Part shown: piece by piece, positions 13,578 through 26,567 of the stretch
Layout of the letters: each line of letters opens with the position of its first letter
Position numbering within the stretch: the first letter of the stretch is position 1
NCBI GenBank assembly: GCA_030141605.1
Contig: JAQGDQ010000400.1
Location: 148,866 to 212,865, forward strand
DNA from: Tubiluchus corallicola
Lineage: Eukaryota; Animalia; Priapulida
DNA length: 64,000 nt
Direction of reading: 5' to 3'
Translations under genes and position numbers: made by a program
The notes under the pieces: generated by a model
The model's database searches: none
Told to the model about the DNA's origin: nothing
The model's input: the letters and a program-made list of their open reading frames with translations, nothing else

Positions 13578-13780
13578 CGATGATATTGGAACAAAAATAC
13601 AGTTCATCTTTACAGAAATACGATTAATGGCTTATGTATGGGAGATACAACTGAAATGTAAGATAATGTAGTAATGTAGCGATGATCTTGGAACAAAAAT
13701 ACAGTTCATCTGTACAGAAATACGATTAATGGCTTATGTATGGGAGGTATAACTGAAATGTAAGAATGTAATTATGTATT
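13578..13780. repeat. Tandem duplication, ~101 bp x2
   Basis: gcgatgat.ttggaacaaaaatacagttcatct.tacagaaatacgattaatggcttatgtatgggag... repeated. Confidence 0.85.
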
Positions 13781-14778
13781 GATGTAGCGACCTACTGAAC
13801 CTAGTGTCGTAGACTCACGCTGGAGTTACACACTGGAGGTCTTTAAAATGTCACCGTCCACAACATGCAGTGTAGCAGGGAGGCAGAAGATCTATTTCTT
13901 GACCAATAGATGACTTCTAATCTGTAGAAGATGCATACAGAATGTTACAGCATGTCACAAAATGAAGATCAGTGTCACCCATTTATAAATATGTATAATG
14001 TGACTTGCATTTAAAACATCAGCAAAATGTTGAACATCAACAGTCTTGACTGAGGTCAAAGGTCATATCAGGGTTGTCGCTAAACTGCGCATGTGCGAAA
14101 ATTTGCCTTTGTGTGGTCGTAAGGCGACAGTCTTAATTAATTAACTTCGTCCAGGAGAAAATTAATGCAAAATGTTACAAATTATCTGCACAGTGTACTT
14201 AATCAGCTTTCTTATTTTAAAATTAAAGGTCGCTGTAAATAAAATCGTGAGTAAAAAGTCAAACCGATGACTTAATTCATCTTCATGGAATATTGTTCCT
14301 CTGCAATATGCGAGGCAGCAAGGAAGCTTTCAGTTCTTGTATTATAATTTGGATAAGTTAATTTCTGTCTCACTTGTAAATTAAGACTAGTTAAATTGTT
14401 TTTGTGAATTATATAATCAATTTGCCTCTTTTTGCTCTTTTATGGTAAAAATAACTGCTAATACTTCTGCAAAGTACAATGTTTTTCGCCAATCACTAGT
14501 TCTTATCATAAATATCGGTTATTATTGTCATTGCTGTCGCCGTTGGTGTACAGTTTCCTTACATTAATGTCGGCTTTACTATTATGGTAAGTGACTGTAT
14601 GGCAGCATCCAGCTTGGTGTACTTGGCATATGGTGATCATGTTTACTCATATCACGGCTAGTATATTTTCTTTTACGCAGCGCCAAGGGGCCAACACGAA
14701 CACACGAAAAGCAGCCAGCTGACCTCGAACATTTCGAGGGATCGTGAAGCAGCAGCATCAGCATAAACGCCACAAAAC

Positions 14779-14832
14779 ATGGGCCGAAAAAAGATCCAGA
14801 TATCCCGGATCGGGGACGAGCGAAACAGACAG
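14779..14832 (+). CDS. MEF2: Mef2 coding exon 1 (MADS box N-terminus); the exon probably starts at the 14681 acceptor
   Basis: aaaacATG; MGRKKIQISRIGDERNRQ then gtaagg; canonical 54-nt first coding segment of MEF2 genes; upstream acceptor ttttcttttacgcag ends at 14680. Confidence 0.97.
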
Positions 14833-15027
14833 GTAAGGAGATGCCATCGGAAAAAAAACTTTTGGGTCAGAAACAAGAAGTGAACAAAAATATTCACTGG
14901 GTTTGCTGGGTTTTTTCTAGCATAAACTGATATGAGTTGAAGTGGTTGGTTGCAGATAGGGTGGTTGCAACTTGCAACAGGACTTAAGCGTTTCCTATTA
15001 TTAAAGACAGTCCTCCAGTACTAAGCA

Positions 15028-15172
15028 ATGACTTTACACAGGTAACATGTCCCGGATGCCGGTGTGACAGATACAGGTAAGATGTCCCGGATGCCGGTGT
15101 GGCAGGTAAAGTCGCTCGGAAATAGTCTGGTGGTAGTCATCCATCCATTTATAACCCAGGCTGGGAAAATAC
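15028..15172. repeat. Dispersed repeat, second copy at ~16080-16175
   Basis: aatgac.ttacacaggtaacatgtc.ggatgccggtgtg.cag...catccatccatttat...ccaggctgggaaaat shared; this copy has an internal duplication. Confidence 0.7.
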
Positions 15173-17279
15173 CCTCGCCTCATGTACGTTTGCAATCTGG
15201 AAAAGTGACCAAGTAGTAAAGAAACAAGAGGGGATTTCAGAAATGATTGATACTTTGGTTCTTACGTCCGTTCCGTTTCATTTAATGCTCAGTTTCATTT
15301 ACATCTACAGGAGATTTAGATTTGTTGCAATGATGGCAGTCGTTGTAGTTAGTCTCTGCTTCTCGTATCTTGTGAATTATTTATGTTCATTTCTGTTTCA
15401 CCCATAATTAATTGCGATTACCCTAAATTGATTTTATTTTATAAGCAAGGTTTTGTTTTAATTTACAAAAGAGGAAAAACCAACATTCGGAGAAAAATTA
15501 ACGTTCAAATATTAATGGTATTGTTATATATAAAAAAATTCGAGACTTTCTGTGTGATTGCTGATATCCGTCTAAGCAAAAACAATGTGGAACTTGACCG
15601 TTTCATGCAATTTCCTGTTCTATTCATTACTCAGTGTGAATTTTAATGATTTGATGTTTACATACACCTTTGTGATGCTGCTGGTTTATTTGCGCATGTG
15701 TGACCTAACAATTGTGATATCATAAGCTTTGAAGCACCCAGCAGGTAGTCATAATCAAAGGGCTTAGCCGTGTAGGTGATGAAAATATTACCCAATATGA
15801 TAATGCGTTTATTAAGCACCTGTAGCACTGTTTACACATTCTTATCATATTTCTGACAAACGTGTTTTCAGTGTGAGTCTCACCTTGTGTTTGTTTATTG
15901 CTGTTGTGAAAAGTCTAGTTCAAGTCCACTGGTCTTTAATAGTTCAAGATAAACATTGGCATAGATAAACTTTAATCGAACACGTCATTTAAAACTATCC
16001 ATGTGCAGTGTCACCACGCTGAGGTGTATCTGTGTAGAAATAACTCAGTGGCAGCTAATATACCAATGTCTAACGAAGTAATGACCTTACACAGGTAACA
16101 TGTCGGGATGCCGGTGTGGCAGATAAGGTCACTCTGGTGGTCATCCATCCATTTATGATCCAGGCTGGGAAAATGCTCTTGCTTCCGGTTCTGGTCACAA
16201 CAGAGCTTTGTCGTATCATTAACAATCTGAGCTCGGGTTTGATTGGGCAGATGAGATGAGAAATGTACATGCACAAAATCTGACAAACGTTACTTACATG
16301 AAAATGAGTTTCGTCTTAGTTTGTGCGTAGTTTGTCATTAGTCGTCGTATTAGTGCTTCTTATTTCCATTTCATCAAACCCCCTTGATCATTCTGCTGGT
16401 AAAATGATATAGTCATTACTGACATAAGCCATTAGTGTTTTGTATTACTGCCTTCATATGCCCGTCAGGCAATCCCAAAATAAACAGGTTTTTTTCGCCT
16501 CTCTGATTTCAACCATTTTTTCTCTTTCTACTTGTGTATTTAGTCCAATTACAGGAACTTGACATTGTTCGGTGTAATTTACTGCGTATTTTCCCGATTA
16601 GTATTGCATTTTTTGACCTTTTTCTGTCTTAGTAATATATTGTTGTTTTTCTTTTTGTTCCGGGGGATTTCTTATTTTATTAGTAGGTTGTAATACTGAC
16701 TGTGAAATGATTTCACACATCTTTGTTTCCACGCTATCAAAGTGGAACAGAGTCCCAGCATTAATTCTGAAGACACTTATTACTAGATTGTTTAATTTTG
16801 TGCGCACCCTAGCGGTGACTTCACTATTGACTGTCTTCCCACAATTCTAGCGTACATTTAAATTGATATTTTGAAGGCGTGTGTATTACTTGGCAAATTT
16901 CCAGTGAGTTTCCTGCGTGCGTCATTGTAATTTCCCGCGACTTCTCGCATAATATAGAAGCCGCCGGCTTGCCTTTTACGGGAGATTGATCATTTTCATT
17001 AATGTCTGTAAATAATAATCATTACCAGATCATTATTGTAATGGTAACTGAACAAAGTATACCTACGTGTTCTTAACGAGGAAGTCTTTATCTCAGACAA
17101 CGAGGTTTCGCTTTTCTTTTGGCTGAGTAAATATATAAGTCTCTCCACTGCAGTGTAATGGGAGCAGTTTAAAACACAAGAAAACCCTTTAGTTAGATAA
17201 ATCTACAATAAATCGTTTTGAAATTTTGCGTCATTTACATGCTGCCTTATTTTATACGTAGAGATTTTTTATTAACACT

Positions 17280-17670
17280 AACGCTGTGTATAAAACTTGA
17301 AAATTTGAACTCCAGCAATTACCGTTAGGCACGGCCATTTTGACGGTAGGTCGTTTGAAACAGTTTAGATAACCATTGTGCAAACTTTTAAAAAATAATC
17401 ATAGCATTCGTAGCACACACTTTGCTAACTCCGCAAACGTATAAATTACTGTATTTTGTCAAGAAGATTAGAAATACGTTTTTTTGATGAGTCAGTGATA
17501 CACACTGGGAAGGTGGTTAGGTGACGTAATACCGGTTGCTGTGAATATTTTAAATTACTAAGAATTTTCTTTTCTAGTTACGTAAGTCTATCAAGCAGGT
17601 AATCGTGATGCTAAATAACATAATTTTGTATGGAAAGCTTTTGGACATACATTCTAAAATGGCCTTTTCT
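17280..17670. mobile_element. Fragment of the long-TIR element family at 37916-39514
   Basis: Reverse-complement match to 38100-38490 (ccgttaggca.gccattttgac.g.aggtc.tttgaaaca). Confidence 0.65.
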
Positions 17671-18422
17671 TCCCACTTAACTGATATTGTCCCAGACGTG
17701 ACAGCAAACGTACCAGGCATGTGATCCATCATTGCATAATAATTAATGGTAACTACTACTAAGAATTACAGTAAACGATTATTTTTTTTCAGATTTATCT
17801 TTTCGAAATCTTAATGAAATAAAAGTTTGTGGCTTTGTTTTAATGATGTGAATATGATTCATGCAATTATTTCAGCTTTGAAATTTTTAATTTGTTTTTA
17901 TCGTTTGCTAGGCCCAAACTGAAAATAAAAATGGCAGCTATTACTTTTATAAAAAGGTGTATTTTTAACGAAGACTATCACTAATATTTTTACCTTTACT
18001 GACATTTCAAATTTATCTGGTTCAGAATAGTTTCACTCTTGTTATGCACTTTTAAGTTGTCTGTTACTTTAAATTTTGCTAATGCGTACCTTATTTTCAA
18101 CTTTTAAATTAGTAATATTGCAAATTAGCTTATTTTAACAAGTGCTTCATTATTAAATATTTCGTATTGTAAAGAAGCCATTGAGAATGGTAACTTATGA
18201 GAATAAAAGGAGCTTTACTTACTGATCAGTCACCAATATTGAACCATATTTTTATTCGTTGACTTTAATGGTGACTACATAAGCATTTTGTGTAGTACTA
18301 GTTTTATTTTATTCATTTATTGTTGAAATAAGAATAGCCTTGGCGTAATTTAAACTTTATGGTAAACTTTCATCCTAAATGAACCATTATTCGTACATTA
18401 ATATTTTCCAACAGCCATTTTC

Positions 18423-18716
18423 TACTAATATCTAATGTAATCTTGTAGTAAAACTTGTCAGCTTGTGTAGGTATAGTCAATTCTTACGGTAGATGTTACC
18501 AATGTCTAATGTAATCTTGTAGTAAAACTTGTCAGCTTATGTAGTTATAATCAATTCTTACTGTAGATGTTACTAATGTCTAATGTAATCTTGTAGTAAA
18601 ACTTGTCAGCTTATGTAGCTATTGTCAATTCTTACTGTAAATGTTACTAATGTCTAATGTAATCCTGTAGTAAAACTTGTCAGCTTGTGTAGTTATAGTC
18701 TATTCTTACTGTAAAT
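18423..18716. repeat. Minisatellite, 74-bp unit, 4 copies
   Basis: tactaatgtctaatgtaatcttgtagtaaaacttgtcagctt.tgtag... repeated. Confidence 0.92.
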
Positions 18717-20320
18717 GCTTTTGTAAATAGTGTATAAAGTCTGTTGTGGTGAGGATCCTAAATCATGTTGTTCTAACTGTCTCATCCAATCCTATAATAA
18801 ATTATGTTTAAACTAACTAAATGAACCATTCGTTTTGGGCATGCATTTTTGCGAAAGTCTTTTATTGCGCTTTTACAAAGCTTGAAGAAATGTCAAGAAA
18901 TGTCCAAATTTTCTTTAAATAGAAAATAAAAACGACTTTCTTATAGAACGATTACATGAATATTCATATCAGTATTCATTCTCATGTTATATAGTACACG
19001 TCTGTAGAGTGATGGAAAGGGCAAACATCCATGTTAACTCTTACTCACTCAGTCAGTTTACAACATCTTTGTTGCTTCTTCACTTAAAAGCACCTCCTCC
19101 ATTGGGGCCGTGTGCTGTAGATAATCCCTGCAAAAACATGCTTCTGTGTTTTCCCTCTCTGGAGATCTCACTCATCCCGTCGTGGAGATAACATCTGGTC
19201 TCATGCCCCCCATCTGACAGCATTGTTTTAAGCTGGTTGTTAACACGCTCCCCGGTGGGCTTTCAAGTCTCCTGTTTGTCTCCTCCTGAATGCCAGTAGA
19301 CAACCCAGGTTTTACAGCTCTTGTGGTTCTATTGTCGTTTGAAACAAAGCCTGTTCACTTTTACTGGTCTAGTTGGGTAAGTGAGAGTTTGAGTGGATAA
19401 CAGGATCCAGTAGCATCAGCTCGTCATTTGTAGTTGCGTTTTCTGTGAAGGATAGGTGAAATACTACAATGGTTTTGTAGTTTGGGGGTTAAACTGCAGC
19501 TGAAATAAGTCGGGTTAGGTGTGCTTATTGGCCTTGTCGAGCAAAAAAACACCACAGTCAAACTATTTTAATGTTTTTCCATCCAAGCTTCCACACAGTT
19601 ATATTTATTGATAAAATGCACTAAAGTTTAAGACAAACAATTAATTAACAAATTAAAGTTGTGAAACGTTTAAGGAAGTTTTAAATTTTGCGAATAATTA
19701 AATTATTCGTTTCAGTATTGAATAAGTAGGAAAGTTTTTATAAATTAATTTGAAAATTTGGCCATAATAACAGAATCAAATTTCTCATTCGTAAGGTTTT
19801 CGGTTCAATTCCTAAAATAGGAATTACCAGATTTTTCTCTGCTAGATTAGACTTCTTCTTGTCAGAATTATAACAGCCTTCCTAACACATATGTGCAATT
19901 TTTGTGTTTTATTCCTGTAGATGTTATTGAAATTGATGTATATAGACAATTTTTTATTTGTCTTTAATAATGGTCTCATTAAACGTTTTCTGGGTATTTT
20001 GTGCAGTTCGTTGAGAGGGGATCTATAAGCACCTGAATGAGGCTGAGACACCCATCCCAGTTCAGTGTCTCATCCCAAAAAATTATCCTTAATCATGAGT
20101 CGAATTTTGGTCCTGCCACAACTGTCTGCATTTAGTGAGCTATTGAGCCCTGTCATCAGGTGACTTCCGGTTCTGGTTTGCAGAATACCAAAAAAGTTTG
20201 CCCACCTTAAATGCTTTTCCTAGACTTTTCCTAGATTTTCATTATTAATTATTGCAGTAACAATAACTCGTTGATGATTTTTCTGCCTGCTGTAACCAGC
20301 CATTTGATGTAAACAACTAA

Positions 20321-20566
<246 letters not shown>

Positions 20567-20582
20567 TGAGTTAGCAATACAG

Positions 20583-21788
20583 TTTTTGATATTATTGAGG
20601 TACAGTTGCATGTACAGTAGATTTACAGTTTCATGAGTTAACTATACAGTTTTTGATATTATTGAGGTACAGTTACATGTACAGTAGATTTACAGTTTCA
20701 TGACTTAACAATACAGTTTTTGATATTATTGAGGTACAGTTACATGTACAGTAGATTTACAGTTTCATGACTTAACAATACAGTTTTTGATATTATTGAG
20801 GTACAGTTACATGTACAGAAGATTTACAGTTTCATGACTTAACAATACAGTTTTTGATATTATTGAGGTACAGTTACATGTACAGTAGATTTACAGTTTC
20901 ATAACTTAACAATACAGTTTTTGATATTATTGAGGTACATTTACATGTACAGTAGATTTACAGTTTCATAACTTAACAATACAGTTTTTGATATTATTGA
21001 GGTACACTTACCAGTACAGTGGATTTACAGTTTCATAACTTAACAATACAGTTTTTGATATTATTGAGGTACACTTACCAGTACAGTAGATTTACAGTTT
21101 CATAACTTAACAATACAGTTTTTGATATTATTGAGGTACATTTACATGTACAGTAGATTTACAGTTTCATAACTTAACAATACAGTTTTTGATATTATTG
21201 AGGTACACTTACCAGTACAGTGGATTTACAGTTTCATGACTTAACAATACAGTTTTTGATATTATTGAGGTACACTTACCAGTACAGTGGATTTACAGTT
21301 TCATAACTTAACAATACAGTTTTTGATATTATTGAGGTACACTTACCAGTACAGTAGATTTACAGTTTCATAACTTAACAATACAGTTTTTGATATTATT
21401 GAGGTACATTTACATGTGCAGTAGATTTACAGTTTCATAACTTAACAATACAGTTTTTGATATTATTGAGGTACACTTACCAGTACAGTGGATTTACAGT
21501 TTCATAACTTAACAATACAGTTTTTGATATTATTGAGGTACACTTACCAGTACAGTAGATTTACAGTTTCATAACTTAACAATACAGTTTTTGATATTAT
21601 TGAGGTACACTTACCAGTACAGTGGATTTACAGTTTCATAACTTAACAATACAGTTTTTGATATTATTGAGGTACACTTACCAGTACAGTAGATTTACAG
21701 TTTCATAACTTAACAATACAGTTTTTTATATTATTGAGGTACACTTACCAGTACAGTGGATTTACAGTTTCATAACTTAACAATACAG
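20583..21788. repeat. Minisatellite, 67-bp unit, 18 copies, each carrying a copy of the exon-2 3' end and a GT donor
   Basis: Unit tttttgatattattgag|gtacagttacatgtacagtagatttacagtttcatgacttaacaatacag; GAGGTAC recurs every 67 nt from 20597 to 21736. Confidence 0.97.
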
Positions 21789-22195
21789 TGTTCTCTCACT
21801 ACTTCGCGGTTCGTTTATCGGGGTCTCGCTGTTTCACGGGTTTTTGCGGTACTCCGTCTAAAGTATTTTTGCACATGCGTAGTACGTATTGTACAGTAAT
21901 GAATAGATTTGATGAATTTTGCATAAAATATTATAAATCATAAATAATTAGCATTTACAGTAAATAGTGCATTTATTCGGCGGATGAATACACACCAAAA
22001 ACGAAATGTAGTATTTGCGCCCGCTTGAGATGTTACTTACCGATATGAGATTCTACACAATACACGATTGGTTGATTGATGGAATGTAAAATAATGTATA
22101 ACTACTAAAATAAGTACAGCGTCCCTACTTCGCGGAAATTCGCTTATCGCGGGTGGGCCTGGAACGGAACACCCGCGATAAGCGAAGGAACACTG
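21786..22195. mobile_element. Tigger/pogo-like MITE, copy 2 (internally deleted, inverted relative to 1065-1703)
   Basis: TA|CAGTGTTC...GAACACTG|TA; reverse complement of copy 1. Confidence 0.85.
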
Positions 22196-22603
22196 TACTG
22201 CAGTACTCGAGAAACACTTTTAGGTGCTTAAACAAAAATTCGTGGTTACAATTAGCCCTGGACATGTCCTCGACTCGTCTGTTTCACCCATTTTGCATTC
22301 CAGCACTCTTGTAGCAGTGTTTGTAAGTTGTCGAAGGAAAGTGGTATATTTTTGCTTGAAATAATTTGGTAAATATTCAATCAGGTTAAGCAATCAGTCT
22401 GGGTCTAAAACTTTGCATTCACTAAATACATGAGCAGAGTACTGCTACTATACCTTCTTGATATAACAGTTGTGACATAAAACAACTACTCCATTTCAAT
22501 TTTTCTGTTATTTTTATCTTTTAATTTCATTACTTTAAATCTCATTTGTTTGTATCTTCGTTCTTCACCACAGACATTTGATTAGAAGAATCGCTATCTT
22601 TAA

Positions 22604-23221
22604 AGGAAGACAGGATGATTTTTCATATACTATCCCATTTTCAAGTCCGATAAAAATATACGTTTTAACACAATTAGTACTGCAAAAGTGTTTCTGATAA
22701 TTAAATAATTGATTAATACCTTAATTAACGGCGGGCAAGCCCAACTATTGATGACATCACAAACTAACATAATTTGCAATAGCAAAAAATATTGTGCGAG
22801 TGTGTTGCACGTGGTTGTGAAACTGAAAATTGAAGTATAATGCTACTGTAAAGTATTCAGTGTGTTGTACTAAAACTAGGCAAGTTTTAAGATAAAAATT
22901 CAAATTTCAAATTTACCGCTGTGCTCACGCATGAGCTGTCGAACGTGTATAGTTTGTCACAAACTAACACATCTGAACTGAGAGGTACAGCACCTGTTTT
23001 TGTGCAATGCGTTTCCGAAATGCAGGCGCTAGTGCCCGTCTAACTAGCGAATGGCGAAATGCATGTAACAGCGAAGAACTAGTGGCGCGAACGTGAAATT
23101 GTGTTTGTGTGGTAATAATTCTTTCACGTAAGTCATTTTTGAAAAAATAGTATGTTTCCTTTCAATATTTTAAAGAGTAGATTGTTTTGACCTACGGTTT
23201 AAGATTGGGTCCGATTTTGCT
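22604..23221. mobile_element. Kolobok-like MITE, diverged relative of 26019-26567
   Basis: TTAA flanks, AGGAAGACAGGATGATT left end, shared ttaattaacggc...ctattg...tca.aaactaac block. Confidence 0.55.
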
Positions 23222-24399
23222 TTAACTGTACTTATAGAATTAGGCCTACTTGAATTGTTCTTGCAATTGAATGCACATCATAAATTGGAACACAGCCAAA
23301 CTGAAGAAAGTTATAGCTGTTGTAAAATAGCTTCACTATGTTGCAAGAGGACACTCATCTGACCATGTGGTTGATTCTGTTAGGACCATAACTTAGTGTA
23401 AATGAAACACCAAGGATGTACCTGTTTTCTTGTTTGAAGTAGGGGACATGCCCTGTATTGAAAGGAGTTGTAAATGGGGTTTGAGATTCAAAAATGCCTA
23501 CCTGTTGAGCGCTCTGGTGTACCTATTTATGATTTTGAAAAAAATATTTGAAAAACTAAGGTATCTCGAATAAAATTGGTAATATATTGGCTTACAAGCG
23601 CTTGGCTGTAAGAGGACCTTACCTGACATATTCTTCGCTTAGGAATATGAGTTTCCAGGTACGTAGTCGCGTGCTTTTTTCATAAAATTTGCTGATGATT
23701 TAAACCAACATTTCTAGCAGTCAGCAAGGCGCTTCCTTATCGTTCTGTTAGGATTTTTCAGGGAAAAGATTATTAAGATAATTAACTAGTAAAATATAAA
23801 TCGTTCTGAGGCAACAATTAGTCTTTTTGAAATGGCTACTGCCTCAAGGGAAGAAGATGGTGTGAAAATTCTGCCTTGAGGAAATTAGGTACGGCTCCTT
23901 TGGGAAGTATGTTGAATGAATTAATGTATCGTGCAAGAGCCAAACACAATCAAGGGAATGGTCATACTGTGAAAAATTCTAATTGCTTGTAAGCGAAATG
24001 AACGAAAAAGCCTGGAAAGTTGTGGTCTGATTACTAGAGGCGTAATTTAGAATTGGTGATTATGTTTATTATAATTGTACTCGCTGGTTTTCATTGTCTT
24101 TAATGTGTGTAGATTTTTGTTACGAAATATTAAAATATGTTCGTTATCGTTTATTATGTATGTATGTAATTTTGGATTATAATTTGTAACTATGTCTATT
24201 GTATATGATCGTTGTCGTTCAATGTGTCTCATGCGTTGGATTCTAAATTATATATATATATATATGTGTGAATAGGTTTAATACGTTGTAAATGCTTTTA
24301 AAAATTTTAAACATATTCCTACAAATAGAGGGAATTTATTCTGTACATAGTTTTTAAAAATAAAGAATTATAATAATAATAATACTAGAGGTGCTGTAA

Positions 24400-25000
24400 T
24401 TTTTGCGTTAAGGACATACATGATGGCAAGTCCGTCTTGTGAGCGTGGGCGTCTTGCATATGTACTGTAGCAGTAGCGTCTATGATGCGGCTTGAAGCTC
24501 ATAAAATCTCGCTTTACTAAACACAGCCAGTTCTTCATTTCTTCCTCACCCAAGATTTGCTTACACACATCTTTTCGTTCATCATGCGTGCCTCAAGTTT
24601 ACCGTTTGTTTGCAATGCCTGAACGGTGAAGCCAGCAGCCCAGGACTGGCATTCCATCCAGTAACGTATATCCCTGCAACCTTCCTAATCTCTAACAATC
24701 GCGCGTGTACTGGCAATTCCCATCGCATATTGCAAGCTAGCGTCTGCGCAAAAATTCCAGCGAGTCGAAACCCGACTCGGGCGCAGGCCCGCTGAAAGTT
24801 TGGCTTGTTGGGTTTTTTGCCGAGTCGTATCATTTCGTAATCATTGGCTTGTCTTTAACCTAAACATCTTCCCCGTCTTCACTGATATTGTGGTTTTAAG
24901 ATCGTATGGCTTCATGAACATTGGCTTCATGAACATTGGCTCGTTGAACGGATTTTTAACGAAGTTTAACAAGATGCCCTTGAAAAACCTTACTGATAGT
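24400..25000 (-). mobile_element. Possible degenerate non-LTR retrotransposon ORF1 remnant
   Basis: GC-richer island; broken minus-strand peptide RLGKKPNKP...LLEIRKVAGIYV is reminiscent of CR1/Jockey-group ORF1 (RLGK...GIYV). Confidence 0.3.
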
Positions 25001-26018
25001 GTCTCAAATTTTAATTGCTTTAGTGAAACAATTGTATAGGTCTACATTTCATTCACAGTCCCCTTATACCGTGTCTTTGCGAGTCATCCATCTGCCTTTG
25101 CATGGGTAGTGACCCATATTACTGGTGTCCTCTATTACCTTAACCCCTTGACAAATTGTAAAATCATGTGTCAGTGTTATAGGCCTGTGGTAACTTTAAG
25201 CCGATTTTTGGCATGGAAGGTGCTTTCAGAATCTCCCTTCATCGTTTCTTGAATGCCAGCCGCTTGCTGCTGCTTCTTGTTTCTTCCCTGTCGTATCTAG
25301 ATGCAGATATTCTGGGTTTGTCTTTAGAACAGCATCGTTACACTGTTAACTACAATACAATTTCAAAGCAGACGTTAAGGGATGCCCTCTGAGAAGTTTG
25401 GTCACAACAAAATTAATTCGAAGAACTTTATTCTCCGAATTTGTGTTCATGTTTTCCATTACTTTTTAGGCCCTTATCTTGATTGGGCCACTGACTTTGA
25501 TTCGAGCGAAATTCAAGGTCTCAAGTTGAACTTTCGAAGGAAGCGCTGACACTTGAACTCTGAAACTATGAGCTAAACAATATTCTTTCTGCAATTTCTC
25601 TCGTCATTTTAAAATACTGATTCCGGAGGTAATACTGATCACTTATTTTGGCAGATTGATCCAGAATTGTATTAGTGAGTCAATGAGCCATCACTTCATT
25701 GTTTACATCGGTCATTTACGTTGCCATCCCGCATTGGGTCACACTATGTATGTGTGTCATTGGATCACACCGTATATGTGTGTCATTGCAACGCAGAACA
25801 CATTTATTGGTTCACCCTTGAGAAAAGCAACCTAGTTTATGATTTAGAATTTTTTAATCTTTAGCTTGTCGCTTTTGTAGCTCATTATTGACTTGGTTCA
25901 GGACGGGGCGGTGCTGTGATAAATTACCCTTTTGGAACTTTTTTCAGCATTAAATTGTGTCGTTTTTTTGTGCCGGGAAATACGATGTTTTTAAAACTCG
26001 CCTTTTCTGATGTGTTAA

Positions 26019-26567
26019 AGAAAGACAGGACGATTGTTTAGACTCCATCTCATTTTAATTTACTGTCCAAAGTATACATTTTCTTGCCTATAAAAGTTAA
26101 CAATTATTCTTTTTATTTGAATAATTAGCTTAGAAACTTAAGTAATGGCAACCGAACACAGCTATTGCTTACGTCAGAAACTAGCCACAGTTTGTGCAAT
26201 GGCAGGCATCTTCCCTTGCGCGGCAAGCACACTTGCATAAATGCTACAGTACTGTTTAATGCCATGATGCCACGAAAAATGGGCTCTACGTCATATGACG
26301 TCAGAAACTAACACTGCACTTCATGATCATGCTTATCACGGTACCGCCTTCTATTTGTCGGCCACGCGAATGTGACAAAAAGGTGTCGCTGCCAATCTTA
26401 GTAGATTCACTAAGCCTCGCGTAGCTTTGAAAGTTTAACGAAATTTGAATATCTGAGGTAATTATTATTTAATCTAAACTTTGATTTCAAAAAAGCTATT
26501 GTAGTTTTCAATATTCTAGAGCATTCTTTATTTTGAACTAATGTTTACATAATCATCCGGTTTTCCT
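26019..26567. mobile_element. Kolobok-like MITE, copy 1
   Basis: TTAA flanks, AG...CCT termini with imperfect TIRs; full-length inverted copy at 35066-35597. Confidence 0.8.

Noticed and set aside
23300-24050. Possible transposase remnant
   Set aside because: No motif I could recognise with confidence in any frame.
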